DNA of 64,000 bases. It comes from Iphione sp. A-MEVVRFRX5. Lineage: Eukaryota. Each line of letters begins with the position of its first letter. Position 1 is the stretch's first letter. Below the pieces are notes generated by a model. The model had not been told where the DNA came from and searched no databases. It saw nothing but the letters and a program-made list of their open reading frames with translations. Below, piece after piece: positions 13,679 through 28,060 of the stretch. The translations under genes were made by a program, and so were the position numbers. The DNA lies in NCBI GenBank assembly GCA_976226885.1, contig OZ320315.1:53754001-53818000 (forward strand), written 5' to 3'.

Positions 13679-13981
13679 GGCCTAAACAAAATATATCTGT
13701 TGCCAGTAACCCGACTGACCCTATATTAGAGCCAACTGTTACTTTTTATTTTTCCTGTTTTTTTAAAAAATAAATCACGGTTCTGTACACCAAACTGCTC
13801 CTTATGTTACTAGCTTTCATTTGATTTAGGTTCCATTAAAATCGAACTAGTTCAAATGATATAACCATATACATTTCTTCTTGTCACTATGAATTTACAT
13901 TAAAAAAACACAAAAAGGGCACCTACCGACCGACCCTATCTATTTTCAGCATATTACCGGAAACACAGACATGTTTAGGCC
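13679..13981. mobile_element. PIF/Harbinger-type MITE, 303 bp
   Basis: Perfect 10-bp TIR GGCCTAAACA/TGTTTAGGCC with imperfect extension, TTA on both sides (3-bp TSD), and an internal direct repeat CCGACYGACCCTAT twice. Confidence 0.8.
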
Positions 13982-16900
13982 TTAGTGCATCTCTGATGGC
14001 TCATTGACATCTAGCCTCTTTTTATGTACAAACATATTTGAAAAAAAAGCAAATCGGTATAATGTCGGATCATCTAGAAAAGAATACAATGAAATCAAGT
14101 CAAAAAGCGGCTGTGACTGTGATGCAAACTTCACATAAAGCTTTATGTCGATTTGATTAAATGGCAGTTGATGTCTGAATCAGATTGGATTCTTTCCATT
14201 TGAACAATGGATCCCATTTCGAGCAAAATCGATTCTTGACGTTATGAGCACCAAGTATATCTGCATTATAGGATTGCCTGGCGGAACCGAACTGTATACC
14301 ACCTTGCATCCGACCAAAGCTTTCTCAAACATCCGATTTAGGGAGTACAAAACACATGTTTGGAAATTCAAAGTCGGCCGCCTCTTGTGTTCAATATTTG
14401 CTCTCAGTGTCGGGCAATCCTGGATAATTCGCTAGCTTCAGATGCCAAATATACACGGATAGTGAGTTCCTCAAATTTCCTTAATCCCACCACGAAAGCA
14501 AAGGGCGACGCTGAAAGAATCATTCAAAGATCGCGTTGAAAAAAGGCGATGGAAAATACGGCAATTGACTGCAACCGAAGAAGCTTGTGGGGCTGGCACA
14601 ATGTCATACTTTCTTCTTGGGAGACTGTCTAAGGTTTCGTTATTGAAAAAAAACCCTGTCCAAATAGAGGGAAAGACCCCTAAAGTATTAATTTTACTTT
14701 CGAAGTTCTGGGATGCCCACATACCAATCTTATTAGACACGAAAGAAATTGATATCAGATAATACCCTCCTGAAGACTGGAGGTTTTCCACAAACCTATA
14801 TTATAGTTCTCAAAGTTCATAACGCGGCCTTTTGTTTGTTTATCACACACTTAGACGGAACACGTGATATCCATATTTGTTAGGGATTTCAGATATTTAA
14901 ACAAGGCGAAACAACCCAAAGGTTAAGTAAACGTTCCCATTTTGGGATACAACAAAAGCTATTCTTCGGATGACACGTTTTGGGGCATTTTTTTTATCCT
15001 ATGCTATGTTTTTCATACCTGACACTCGAACATAGGTGGAATGCAGCTCGACGGGTCTTCCTTTCGTCCACAAGAAGCGGTGGACCATCGGAAAGATACT
15101 ATAAAACCTTATAAAATTGCTCACTTTATAGTCAGTGTGGGTTTTTCCCCTCCGACTCGTTTTATGCGTTGTCCCGGCACCAGCAGAAGCTGCTAGGCTG
15201 TGTTTGTCCTGTACATGGAAAGATTGACGTTATCATGCATGTTATACTTTCTAGTTTTTTTTGCAAAGGACTAGCTGCGTCGGAAAAAGACACATTTTAG
15301 TCTTTCATCACGCCGAACCTTTATACGCAGTCAGCGGAAGGAGTATTCTATTTAAGGTTGTTTCATATAAAGTTATAGTTCTGTTGCTCCGGCAAAACTG
15401 TCCTCTTCTTAAAAGAAAACGGCCAAATTCATCGCACCAGCTTCCTAGACATGTATACTTTATCATTTTCCTGTGCTAACGAAGTCTGTAACATCGACAA
15501 TTACAAGGTCATCTGATAGATTCTGTCGCTACCAGACACAGTATAATGCATTACTGTACAGGGCTCTTGCCACAGTTTGACGTAAAATTGTAGCGCCTCT
15601 AAAATACGCAGTCAAACCGAAAAATCCTCCACACAAGGCTGTTTAAACCGCCGTCTTTTCCTCTCGCGTAGAGCCCGGTTACACTTCTGCCCGCTCAGAT
15701 CTATTCGGCCCTTTAAAGAAGAACCAGTAGCTGCAGTTAATTAGGGACTTCAAAATTTGCCAATTTTAAAGACGTCAGTTATTACGCTACTAATAAGTCG
15801 AAAAAAGAGTGCCTGATTGCAATGAGGTGGCAGTACATGGGCGGAATATTAAAATAAAATTGATTTCTCTTTGTAATAGAAAATGTAAAACACTCCACGG
15901 AAGCTCGCCTTGGTAAAATTTGGGACACATCAGATGAACACCATTACGTCATTTAATTAGTCTGCCATCGTGTGAGGAAAGAACTAAAAAGAAAGCTAAA
16001 AATTCTTTCCGAGTCTGTAGGTTTCTTTCAGCCTTTGCATGATCATGAATATCGTCTACTCTATAAACGTTACCGGCGTCAGAAATTAAAAGGTTATGGA
16101 AATGAAGTACTTTAGATTTGGTGTTGAAAGTGAAAATGATTTACTTTATTACAGAAGCATTGTTCTAATCATTAACGGTATTTACAAGACCTGCGTGTCG
16201 GTGAATATCTCAGGCATGATGAGTAAGATAGGAACACATCTACTTTTGTGATTGCGATCTTGAAGATGAGTCGCATCGGTTTAAAATATGCTTTGTATGT
16301 CTACTGAAGCAAGTCCCCTCTAGTTATTCTGAGAAAAAAGAGCTAGTACCACAACTGTCACCCCAGACGAATGATCGTGCGTTCTCGTATATGTCTTTGT
16401 TATAAAAAAAACTGCTTCAAAGAAGACATGAACACAGGTGTTTAGTAGGACAATATGGTATGTGTCTCTTACACCTGTCCTTATCCACGTGCGTCTTTCC
16501 AGATGGACTCATCTTTCGTAGAAAATGTGCCAACCAGGGCCTGGAACTAATAGTGTCAACACTGTGCATTCATATCTTTGGGAAACCTTTGGTCCTCAAC
16601 GTAGCAGAAGATCCTCTCGATCCTGTCATGATATAGCACATACATGCTCTCCCACTCAGACACACACACATTCGCCATACACACTAGTCACACACACATA
16701 CACGCACACACAGTGTCTCTGTTTATCAGTCACACCCGCTTCCTCGCTGTCTTTCTTCCAACCTCTCTCCCTGCCACCCTGAACTGCCACGGTACATAAA
16801 CGCGTGTATAACCTTCGTGTGGATGCTCTCGCCTCCATTGCTATTGGCAGTATAAGAAAGTAGTGGTTCTTTTCTTTGAGCCCTTTCATGCAGGACTCTT

Positions 16901-17934
16901 GGGTTTTTTTTTATGGCTATGTGCTGGTTTCAACCGCTCCTTCAGTGGCACAGCTTTGCTTTTCCAGCGGGGACACGCAAAGGTTGCAGTGACGGCGGCG
17001 TGTGTATGATGTCGCTTCCATGATGCCATCGATGGCCGGAAGTGGCGACCTCTGATGCTACCTGCCTTTTCAGCCCTATAGGCGTCATGCCAAGACATCC
17101 CCTCTTATAGCCTTGTAGATCAGGCGCCACCGCCACAACTCATCTCAAGCATCCGTCAGTGGGACTACACACGGTCTAAAGGTTGTCATGCTCAGTGTAA
17201 CCCCGGAAAGGAGAACCTACCGCACCGCTTACAATTTGAGTGAACCCACAGCTCCCTGCTACCTGTCTGAGAAAAAAAGGGGGGAGGGGGCATATAAAGG
17301 TGAAACATCTCACCTGTCAACACTGTGTTAATCAGTCCAGGGTGTGCTGGCGCGCTCGGTCGACACCTGATCCTTCCACCTCTTCTATACCGGACTCAAA
17401 TAGAGCTGAATCGCTTGCGCCAATTTTAGCACAGCTGGGCTGCAAAATCGCCGCGCTGGACTAAACGCTATCATACAGTCCTAATTAGCGCAATTTGAGA
17501 AGTGACACGGAGGCAGAAGCGACTTTTATCTCTAGTCCTCCTGTGTATGGCAGGTTCCCAACCTATTACAAAAGTGCGGTCTAAATTAGAACGTAGTCAA
17601 CATTTGGAATCAATAGAAAAGGTTCTTTTATAGTACTATTTAGTATGGGCTGCAGGTAACGGGGGTCACATCCAGTTAACCTGACAGTAACGTGCTAGAC
17701 GACATTTTTCTGCTGCCAAATCTTAATAGGTTACACGCTTTTATCATTACGAAGAAAGATTTTGGTGTAGCACCCGATATTTTATATTATATGATTGTCC
17801 GGTCCACATAGAAATTTAATGGTCATAGACAAGGCTTAGTTATGAAAACTCGTTATACCAGTGTATTTACATTGAACCATATTCAAAATCAGTTTCAGCT
17901 CATTTATTTTCGTCATATACTGTCTGAACGACAG

Positions 17935-18064
17935 GGATGACCTCTATCTGAGAGATGTCTTCCACCACATATACGCCACCGGCTCTGCGGAGCTCTCTGG
18001 TTACTTTTCATTTAAGTTGCTTCTCCTTCCTGGCCGCTTGCCTCGCGACAGCGTTATCCATGAC
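17935..18064 (+). CDS. Weak candidate internal exon (DDLYLRDVFHHIYATGSAELSG...)
   Basis: Long stop-free frame, acceptor tactgtctgaacgacag|, C/G-ending codons. Donor is ambiguous (gttact at 18000 or gtaaaa at 18065). Confidence 0.18.
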
Positions 18065-20339
18065 GTAAAAGAGTACACGGTGATCGGGCGCATTTCCCAT
18101 TTCACCGGGCCTGATGCCCAGGCGACTCATCCAACTCATCCCTCCTCGATCCCATCACATTGACCCGCTCCGACCACCAACTTTGGACCCAGTGGCTGCA
18201 ATATTTCCTGCGGAAATTGTGAGATTAGACCGATCAAATATTTAAAGTGTACTTTTTCCCGTTAGGACTCTCTGTGGGCGACCTGCATCGAATGGTGGCA
18301 CTGGAGGGTCCTGATGGTTAGCCGCCGTTGGTAAATACAGATTCAGACCCATTTATCCTCATATGTTCTAGCCGTGAACTGTGTTCAACAAGGTAGAGTA
18401 GGGGAGATAGGAGTATGCTCAGAACACCGGCATAGAAATCTGTCCGAGGAAGATGGGTATTACTCCGCTATATAAGGGATCCATAGTGTGCATGCATCTA
18501 CATGCAGTATCTGTGGGAAGTGGCAATTTTTATTTATTCTCCTAGATAATCATCCCTGTATTTTTCCCCTGGTGGCCTATTTGCAGACGCTGCCGAAGTC
18601 ATTTCCCTACCCTTGATTGGTTAAAGGTGCCTCGTTCCCACTTGGCGGAGGGAATATCTTATGTCAATGAGCCCTCATAAAGAGATTCCTAATCGTCTTT
18701 ATTCGCAGACCAATTTCCGCCTTTTTAGCGCCTCGTATTCAAGGTCCAACAAAGAATTAATGGAATTGGATTTTATCTTTGCATTATAAGAAGATCTCCT
18801 CATCACCGATCTCCTCCGGCCACAATATCGAGTGACTTCCATGACGTCCGATGAAATTTACCACCACTGAGGACAATCCAGTTTTTCCTCTTCCTTCATC
18901 GCTGGAGTAATGAAGTTGCCTGCCTTGATTTTTCCTGAAACACGAGAGGGACTGCCATTGGGAACGTCGAAAAAGAGCTGATGCTATTTAAATATTCATC
19001 ATTTGATAGAAGTAGCTTCACTGTAAGTTGGACGTAGCATTTGTTAATTCCAATAGCAATTGCGCACTGCGTCCAAGTAAGAAAAGTAATTAGAGCTATG
19101 TGCTTTGAAATGGCGTGCGCACGCTACATGGACTTATTAGGGTCCTGGTATTGATTGTGTTGTTAGCTCGATATGTTCTGAAGTATGGAGTATGTGCAGT
19201 GAAAACAAAACACCGGATGGGAGCTTTTGTTGGGCAATAGAGTTAAAACTCCACCCACATTAAATATTCCTTGATGTTGTCAAGAGTGGTTAAAGTCGGT
19301 GTAATATAGCTTGGGTGGAAGCAATTCAGCTTCCATTTTCCTGCTCCCTCTGGATGCTATTGAATATGAAAATCTCTGTAAAATAGTTGCCATTCGTTCT
19401 AGTTAAGCAATTTAATCGATTCACATTCTTTTTGCAGGCGGGTCCTTATCGGAAAGCATGTATTTGCGCTTGATGTCAGCTACGTGATATTTAAATATGT
19501 AAATGGCTCACGTGGACTGATTTTGTCGTATTATCTACAGTATGTTGTATTATTTAGCTACATGTAATTGATTGTGCCATGGCTGCTGGCTAGCTATTTC
19601 GAGAAAAAGCTCAGGAAATATTAACTGTTCCTATCAGATTGAAAATCTCTAGGGAACATATTATATAACAGTTAATTTATGTATGTTGTTTGCTCCTTCA
19701 AAAGTGATCATTATACATTATCAGTCTACAGATATCTTTCAAATTGTTGACTGGGGCCTAAATTTATATTTATTTGGCATACATAAAACAAACTAAATGA
19801 AGGCTACACATTGAACACACCCCAAAGTACAGGACTACAGCGACGATACTCCCCATCCATGTCCATGCATGTGTGCCTAGAGCCCTTGATAAAACTTCGA
19901 AGTGTGATTCATATGAAAGTTTGAGTGCTTAAATAATAGAAATTTCCATACTTCATATTGGAAGCGGGCAGTCTACGCCCACTGAAAGATATTAATAACA
20001 ATATGTACCATCGGCCTATGGTATTCTTTATAATGAGAGCAGCGGTAACAGATGCTATGTGCCCATTGTGGCGCGCCTGGTTCTAAACTGCAGCATGCTA
20101 AGCATTCACCGACCTTGTTTTGCTCATCATTGTGGGGTCGTTGTGAGTCGATGTGCCCAGATAGGTCCCGTTGTGCATGTTTAACGTTATTAAATCGACC
20201 GTGCTCGGCTAAAAGCATGCACCAATAATGGAGAGAGATCAACTTGATGAGGTCCTGAAAGAGGTCTATCGCTAGGTCGGGCTAGCCGGTGGGGATCGCT
20301 TGGCCACTCGCTAGTGGGGAGAGGAGGCTCTGCCTGCAG

Positions 20340-20474
20340 CTTTGCCAGCAGGTTTGACTGGCTGGGCGTCGGCCTGCTGGCGCCCCACCTGCAGTCGGCA
20401 CCGTTTAACCAGGATGGCGTCCAGGCCATGCGCAATGATATCATTGTCGTTCAATTTGAGGCCATTAGCTGGAG
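20340..20474 (+). CDS. Candidate internal exon (FASRFDWLGVGLLAPHLQSAPFNQDGVQAMRNDIIVVQFEAISW)
   Basis: Open frame, 32 of 44 codons end in G/C (like the terminal exon), 135 nt symmetric phase 2->2, donor AG|gtaaac. The acceptor ctctgcctgcag has a weak pyrimidine tract. Confidence 0.33.
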
Positions 20475-21203
20475 GTAAACACAACACTTATCTGATGAGT
20501 TCTGGTTGCAAATAATGCTTGCTTGATGGGGACCAGAGATTCGCCCTCATCATGAAACCTTGCATGTGGCGCGCGCGGGGCGCCTGGTGGCAGGAGACCA
20601 CAAATGGTCGCTGCCCTTACCTGCTTCATTCAGCATTCAGCCACAGGAGACCGGTAACACTATTCCGACATGCACCCTGTCCCGCTTACATGCTAGAGGT
20701 GGATTTTCATAAGTCATGACCAAGGGTATTCTAGCTTAATACCGGTGGCCGTAGTAAATATGCTACTAAGATCAATAAGAAAGAATGGGCCGCAGCACTG
20801 TGCCCTATATTGTCTGTTGATTAAACACAAAGTGTAGACTCCTGTTAAGTTTGAAGAATGGATTAACCTGAAATCCTCAATGGTGATACATATAAAGTGC
20901 TTATAATTGATATCCTGTGCACACTGACTATTTTGCATGTATTGACAAGAGTCATTACAAAGGACTGACAATGCCGGTAACAACTATGTATTTGTTGGTG
21001 ATGGGCTTTCACATCTAAATGGAACTAGGGAACCTCCTGTTTTTCACGCGAGATAATCTCTGTGTATTCTTGTTTACCTATTGAATGAGGTCAGTGGATG
21101 CTTGTCCTAGTTTCGCCAGCAACATTATACCCAAGCGTTAAAGATGCATGTCCATATACGCCGGACTGGTTTCTCTAAGAAAAGGACTCTGATCGAAGAC
21201 AGA

Positions 21204-21205
<2 letters not shown>

Positions 21206-21239
<34 letters not shown>

Positions 21240-21253
21240 TATGTGTGTGTGTG
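21206..21253. repeat. (TG)n microsatellite
   Basis: Direct reading. Confidence 0.95.
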
Positions 21254-24200
21254 AATAAGACGCCTCCATATACATATACATGTATATACACGTATATACA
21301 TGAATGTGTCCTGTTGCCCTTCAGGTTACCTATTTCATGATATTTTCCGCAGTCGTAGTAGTATCCCCCCATCCCTCAATCTTACCAACAATAATGCTTG
21401 CTAACCTCAGTCTGATCATATACCTAAGTATCGGTCGCTTCCGCGGGCCTATCATCCACCAGTCACAGGAGGGCGTCGGCCCAGGCGACTAACGACAGGC
21501 CTTATTAGCCATAATTTTGGGGAGACAGAGACCATTAGGAGAATGGCACATGGCAGTTTTCGCAAGCTGATTACATTTTATCCTTGCCACCATCCGAGCC
21601 TGGGGCCGCAGGCATACATGGAACTGTACTCTGTACGGGAAAGCGATTATAAAGCAATTACCAGAATTGAATAGAAGACCTGGCATTATGTGGGGCCTCC
21701 AAAGACTGCAGGCCATACTTTTTCTTTGCGTTGATAGATATATTTTCAACCGTCTTTCCTGGTGTTGACTTGGGGACTGTCCATTAAGATGTTTTCTGCA
21801 GCCCTTTCATAATTAATGACGAACCCGGCGGCGTTATCTGCAGCAACCAGAGGCAAAACAAGACGATGGATCTCAGTGAAAATGTCCAATCTTGAGGCAA
21901 AAAAACGCATATGAAGAACATTGCGTATAGATCTATAATCATCCTGTCATAGAAGAGGACGCCACATCACATATACTACTTTACTGCCATCATGGTGGGT
22001 AGAACGTGCGCTCATGTTTATTTTGTGCCCATAAAATTATATAATGTCAGCGCTGAAGGTAATGCACTTCCAGAAATATTATTCCGTTGACTCTTGGTAT
22101 TTCAGCAGGAGATTCTCTCATTTTTTTCCATGTCCCTGCTCGTCAAAACACTGTGTGCCCCTTGAACCTCTGGGTTATCCGCCCGTTACGTCGCTCGGCC
22201 TCAAAGAGTTTTTAGCGATGGCACACTCGACGCCATCTTCCGTTGTTGTCATGACAACACAAACCAGGGGCGGTGACGTGCGTGACGACGCCGAGGGCTA
22301 TCAGCCACCAGAGGGCACCGCAAGTGGCTCCGACTAGCGGCAGCGTCGCGTCATCACGTGCTCTTGAGGAATGGCCCGGCGAGACTAGCGGCAAGTCTTC
22401 GGAATGGGGCTGGGGGGGGCAGGTTGTAGGGGGCGAAGTAAGACGGGATGGGAGGTAGGAAGGAAGAAGTGCAGACCGGTGGGGACACGTAGGCGTGGCG
22501 ACCGACGGCAGGAGACAAGGAAGATCAATTAGACGTCGAACACGCCTCCTGGCGTGTGCGTATCTGTGCGTGCGTCGAGGAGGCTGCGTGTGTGATGTCA
22601 GAAGCTGTGTCAGACCACGATAGATCGTTGGATTAGCGTCACGACGACTCGCAAAATCCCTGCCCAATGCTCGGCTTATCTTGGACCATCCAGCCTCGCG
22701 GACAGCGTTTATTTCATCATTCCCAGCCCGCCAATTACCTGCTGTTTCATGCTCACGACATGACGACGCGTCACGCTTAAAGTTGCCAGGGTTATTGGTC
22801 GCGATGCTTCTCAAAAGGAATGCATCCATACCTGTCAATAAGGCAATAGACAACCTTTTGCAACCTACATCATAGTATGCGTACATTTACATACTTGTGT
22901 TGTGTCATGTACATATACATGATTGCACAAACATGTATTTATTACATGAACATACGTGAAAGTATTGTGTTGGAACAGTTAGCTGTGCGGGTCGATTGCC
23001 TTGCATATAAATGTATTGAGAAGTAATATCGCTTTGAAAGGCTTTTCACTGCTGCCTGGTCGTTTTAATCTCAACCAGATTTCGTCTCAGGCTGGAAGTC
23101 TTTTTCATGGTGAGTAAAGTAACTACCGCCTGCTTGATATATTCCCGTCGTCCGACTATTTGATTGGGGAATTCTGATCAGCGTTTACCTGATAGGCCGA
23201 CGCCAACGGAATGGTTTTCTCTGAGTATGATTTCAGCATGAATTCTGTACACATGTACATGCACATCTATATATCTTAATGGTTTGATTGTATTCTTATG
23301 ATGAGTGTTGTGCTTGTCTTCTCCGTTTACAAAAAACGCTTCCATATTCACTGGAAGATCTCTTTATTGTAATATTGAGAAGTGAATAATACCATCTTCG
23401 GTCAGTCTGATGCACGTATATACACGTACAATGTATCTGAGTCTGGGTATGTGACACGTGCGTGACCTAGACGTACTATACACATGTAGATAGGCTTTTG
23501 CAATGCTGACTTTATTCTGGTCTCTTTTCCCCTCGTATAGAAACAGTATGTAAGATGCACTAGTGTACTTTCTTTTGGAAAAAGTAAAATCCATTACATC
23601 TCATGAGAGGTGTCGTAACAATGAAATCCAGACTTTCCTTGTCCTTTTACCTGTATCTTAAGCACAGTCCATAGCCAACATTTGCCCGTGTTTTGTATAC
23701 AATGGGATTTGGCGAGAGTATTGTGTTGCGCGTTCGTGCGTGCTGAGATGCTCTGAAGCATTTCATTCGACACGATCTCTGTATCTTTGTTTTTCCTAGA
23801 CAAATTTGTTGAGATCGTGGGATTTAGTAGATTTATTTTCACGGCTTACCAGCGTCTGTGACTTTGTTTTAGAACACGTACTAATCCGGCAGAGTATCGG
23901 GTTGTTTTTTCTTTTAGAGTAGCCACTCTAGTATAGATGTTTTGTTGACGTGTTGTTACGTCCCCTTACAGTATCAGTTGCTTCCTCAATAATAGAACAT
24001 GCAACAGGTCGGAAGTCTCACGTGAATCTCCTATACTAAAGGTGTATTTTTTGTGCCGACTCGACATTTTCCGCGCACATCAACGAGCGTTTTCCTGATC
24101 GCGGGCTCCTTTACTATGATTAAGGTTGCGGCCAAATATCTAGAGTAAAAAATCAGGGAAATCGTCCATTAGTAGGTAATGTTTGGAATGAAAAAGAGAC

Positions 24201-27200
24201 GACCGCTATTTTCTATGAGCTTCCTGCGCCAGGTAACCAGCACATGCAATTGAGAGCTTTGCGATTGCGAGCTTATAAAACTCCGGCGAGGTTCTATGAT
24301 CATGCACGCTGATTTGCGGTCTGTTCTTAGAGGGAAGCCTGGAGGGAAATGAGTCATCCGTAGCCGGGACCAAGGTTAATCGTGTTCCTCAGCGAAGAAT
24401 TTGATTAGCTAATGTTAATCTGGCGTAACTTAGTTACTCCCTACTTCAAGTTGAATTATTAAAGAAAGCTAGGTCATCTGAAGATACGGACCGCACAGGG
24501 CCATCTTTTCTGCGTTAAGTTCGCCCATCATGTCAGTCGTCGCGTAATTCTGATAGCGATTAATTCTCTGTCACAAATGACAGTTTCCAGTCGCAGCAAC
24601 CTTCTGTCACCTGCACTCAAAAACAATAGGATGCGTCTACCAGAATATTTGCTGATTTCAACAACTTTCATTGGTCAAAATGTGCTGAACAAAGGTTTCG
24701 TTTATTTTAATCCAACATTTAATACCTCGAATAATCCAAAATAAGTTTGGACGCCCTTCTTCACGGCCGATGCCTGAAAGCACATGTAACAACTTGAATA
24801 GACATGTTAGAATACATTCCGCAGAATCTGACCTACCCCACTTAGAAGAGGACCATGCCACCCATATAAAAAAATATCACCATTAATCTGGAATTAAGAT
24901 TTTAATGTACTTTCTTCACTGCCGCTCAAATCGCCGAGAGCCTTGACTGTTACTGAAGTAAGAAACCTTGTTTCCCTCTGGTTAAACATGCCCGACTCTG
25001 ATCCGCTGACCGTGTACATTAGAGTTCGAAGATCTTTGTGCAACATTGTCCGCTCGTGGACCTTGGAAATGCGCCTCTGACCCGGCGGTAAATCTTTAAT
25101 GGTGAATGGCGCGCCGCCTGCCGGCCGACCCTGTCAGCATTGATCATGACACGCACGTTTGAGTTATGACGGCTCGGGCTGGACGCCGGCGGGTGACGCC
25201 GACGATAAGCACTGGATCAATGGCCACCCGCCGATGTAGCGCTTTTTAATCTTAGTCGGTCTTCACGCGACTCGATACGTTTTGATATTTAATTTGCGGC
25301 GCCCGCAGGCTCGCCGGCGGGGCCCATGGCTGGCCGGCCGGCGCCACCCCCCTACTACCTCCACGTCCAATACAGCACCCGCCCTCCGGTTACTCCTGCA
25401 TTCTCCTTTCCTCCCGCCTGGAGGTAGCCCCCACCCCCCACCCATAAGCCCACCTCCAGGAACCCAAGGAGGAATGATTTCCCTGGAGAGCTCTGAGGCG
25501 GCACTCGGGAGTTAAACCCGACACCGCCCGAGGAGTGGCGTATTGACTGCCGGTAGGGACTGACCGCACGTCATCGGAGGGGGAGCAATAAAAAATGGAA
25601 GTCGTTCTATGGAGAGTCCATCGGATACACCCATCTGGTCTACACCAGTACATCCTACTCGGGAGTCGGGCGGTCGTCTTAAACTACTGATAGCAGCGCG
25701 CCTTAAAAAGTAGCGGCGTCTATGTACAGTGTTATGTTCTACCAGGGTGTTAGGCGGACTTGTACAACTACCGTTCAATGGTCGATGTATCAAGTGTCGT
25801 TATTTCCGCCTGCCTCTCCACACTGCCTAGGGACCGCAGTGCCACTACGAGCGTTGCGTCAGTCTGTGCCAGCCAATCTCGGTTCAGAACGCCTCCTTGC
25901 TCTCCTCTGCTTCACGTGCACTACACCTTTCCCGCATATTGTGCTCTCTGAGGTGGCAGATAAAGAGGACGTTGCATATATCCGCCAAATACTTACCGTA
26001 GATAGTTATTCCAAGAATACCTCATGCTGTCAATAGTGGTCATCGCCGGTGCTGTCAGAAACCAAATACGTATATATCTGCATGCAAACCTTATTTCAAT
26101 CTGTCATACATCTGTCAGCGCACCGATTTTATGATTATTTTCTTCGGTAGATAGATGGAAAGATGCATAACATAATACCACGGCATAGTTCCCAGCCATT
26201 ACGTGTATCTTTAATGTAAGCTTTCAGGCTGTCCTAGTCTCTGGGTTTATCTTGAGTTGTTGGTACAGGAGACTCTAGCGCCCGCCCGCTGAAAGGATGA
26301 GGATTGAGAAAATTCCGCTGGCGTTTGTTGAACCCGTACACTATTGGAGAGTACACAAACCGTGCCTGTGCCGAGAGGCCTTTAAATGACGTCTTGCACT
26401 ACGTACCACCCGAGTATCGTGCCTATACATATGAAACCATACACGCAGACAAATGCTGCACCAGTCTCACGTCTCACCGGCTTGTTTGCTTGGGCCGCCG
26501 AGATCCAAGTTCATCAAAGTAAGGGAAAGCGGTATACAAAGATGGGTGCATAGCTGTGATGAAATTTTAGCTGGTTATGTCAACAGTGGAGGTCGCTGAT
26601 TTCAAATGGTTAAGATTCCAAACACGATGCTATGTGTATGATGACAGGCGTTTGATGTAGGATTATAAGTTTATTATTCAAACAGTCCCAAGTATACCAG
26701 AAGATAGATTTCCTTGTTTGCTCAGACCTCTAGAATAATTTCAAGTCGCACACTGACGTCCCTTGTCTGGCGTGCTATGGTAGTATCAATGTTCAGATTC
26801 GTACATGGAATTACTCCTATTTGACGTGCCAACATGAGAGAAGAAACGCAAACTTAACTACCCTCCATTGTCTCATCGAGCGGCGGGGGCGGGGATACAT
26901 TCGTGACAGGGGCCCCCTCTGTGAGGCAAAGCTGGTTGTTCTTGTTCTGACTAATCCAAATAGACTTTGTCTTACCCTCCACATCAGGCACGAAAGATCC
27001 ACCTGAGAAGGGATTGCCTTACATCTGTATGTAAACAGCACGGACAGGAATACTGAATGCGAATGGCCTGTAATGCTACACAGGTTTCCAGCCCGTCCGA
27101 CAGTGTTAGCATTACTGTGTCTAGGGTCGCTTGTAATAAAGGGCAATCTTTTACACTCATTGACGTTATTCTTTATTGACTTGCCGTAAATTTGAAACCC

Positions 27201-27759
27201 AGCATTTTTCAGGCTATCGCGGGTAAAATGCTATTGTCAATTTAATGGACATACATGTAATAGTGGAAATGATAGCCCGGAGATGTCCGACGGGAATCGG
27301 GTTCTTTTGTACACGTATGTAATTTCGCAATCTTATGGGCCCCTTTGTCAGCTAATCCAGCGGAGGAGACAGTGTAAATAGTTAATGTGTTGAAATTGGA
27401 GACACGTTAGTCACGTTTCGACAGGCGTCATTATGATGACTAGCGCTTAGAGTGTTTATGGGCGCGACAGCCTGCCCGTCGGCTCTAAACCTAAGCTCAG
27501 GCCCGTATAACGACTTAATTTGCCAGCCTGCGAATATTTGATCATAGGAGAGAAGGGGGAAGGTCTTTTGCCAGACCGAACTTCAATCATGGACGTTATC
27601 GCGTCGGCGGATACAAGCGCCCCGCGAGGCCGCTCATCTACATCCTCTCGTCGAGCATCACAAATGGCTGTTCAAAGGGTGCCACCTGGTGGAATTAGCA
27701 TAGAACTTTGACCGGCCGCTATCTCCCCTCTGCCTGCACCGTCCTACTGGCGCCGGAAG

Positions 27760-28060
27760 GGGGCGGGGCAGGGGGGGGGGACCCAAGCGGGCCTTTGTCC
27801 CCAGTTCCAGTCCCTAAGCGCGCTCGCTCCTCTGCCCCCCCCCCCCGTCCTGCCTTCCTCTCTCCCTCCCTGCCTCCCTCTGTCTCTCTCCGTGTCCTTC
27901 CTCTCTACCTCGTTCTCATTATCTTGTTCACTCAGTATCTAACTCTATTCCTTGCTGCTGTGTGTCTTCTATATCATCTTGGCTTTCGGTCTAGCTGTGT
28001 CTTTTGTGCGCCTGTGTGCCTGTCTCTTTGTCTATCCCGTTCTTCCTGTTCATCCGTTTA
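27760..28060. repeat. G-run followed by C/T-rich low-complexity tract
   Basis: Poly-G at about 27760-27780, then poly-C and (CT)-rich sequence. Confidence 0.7.
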
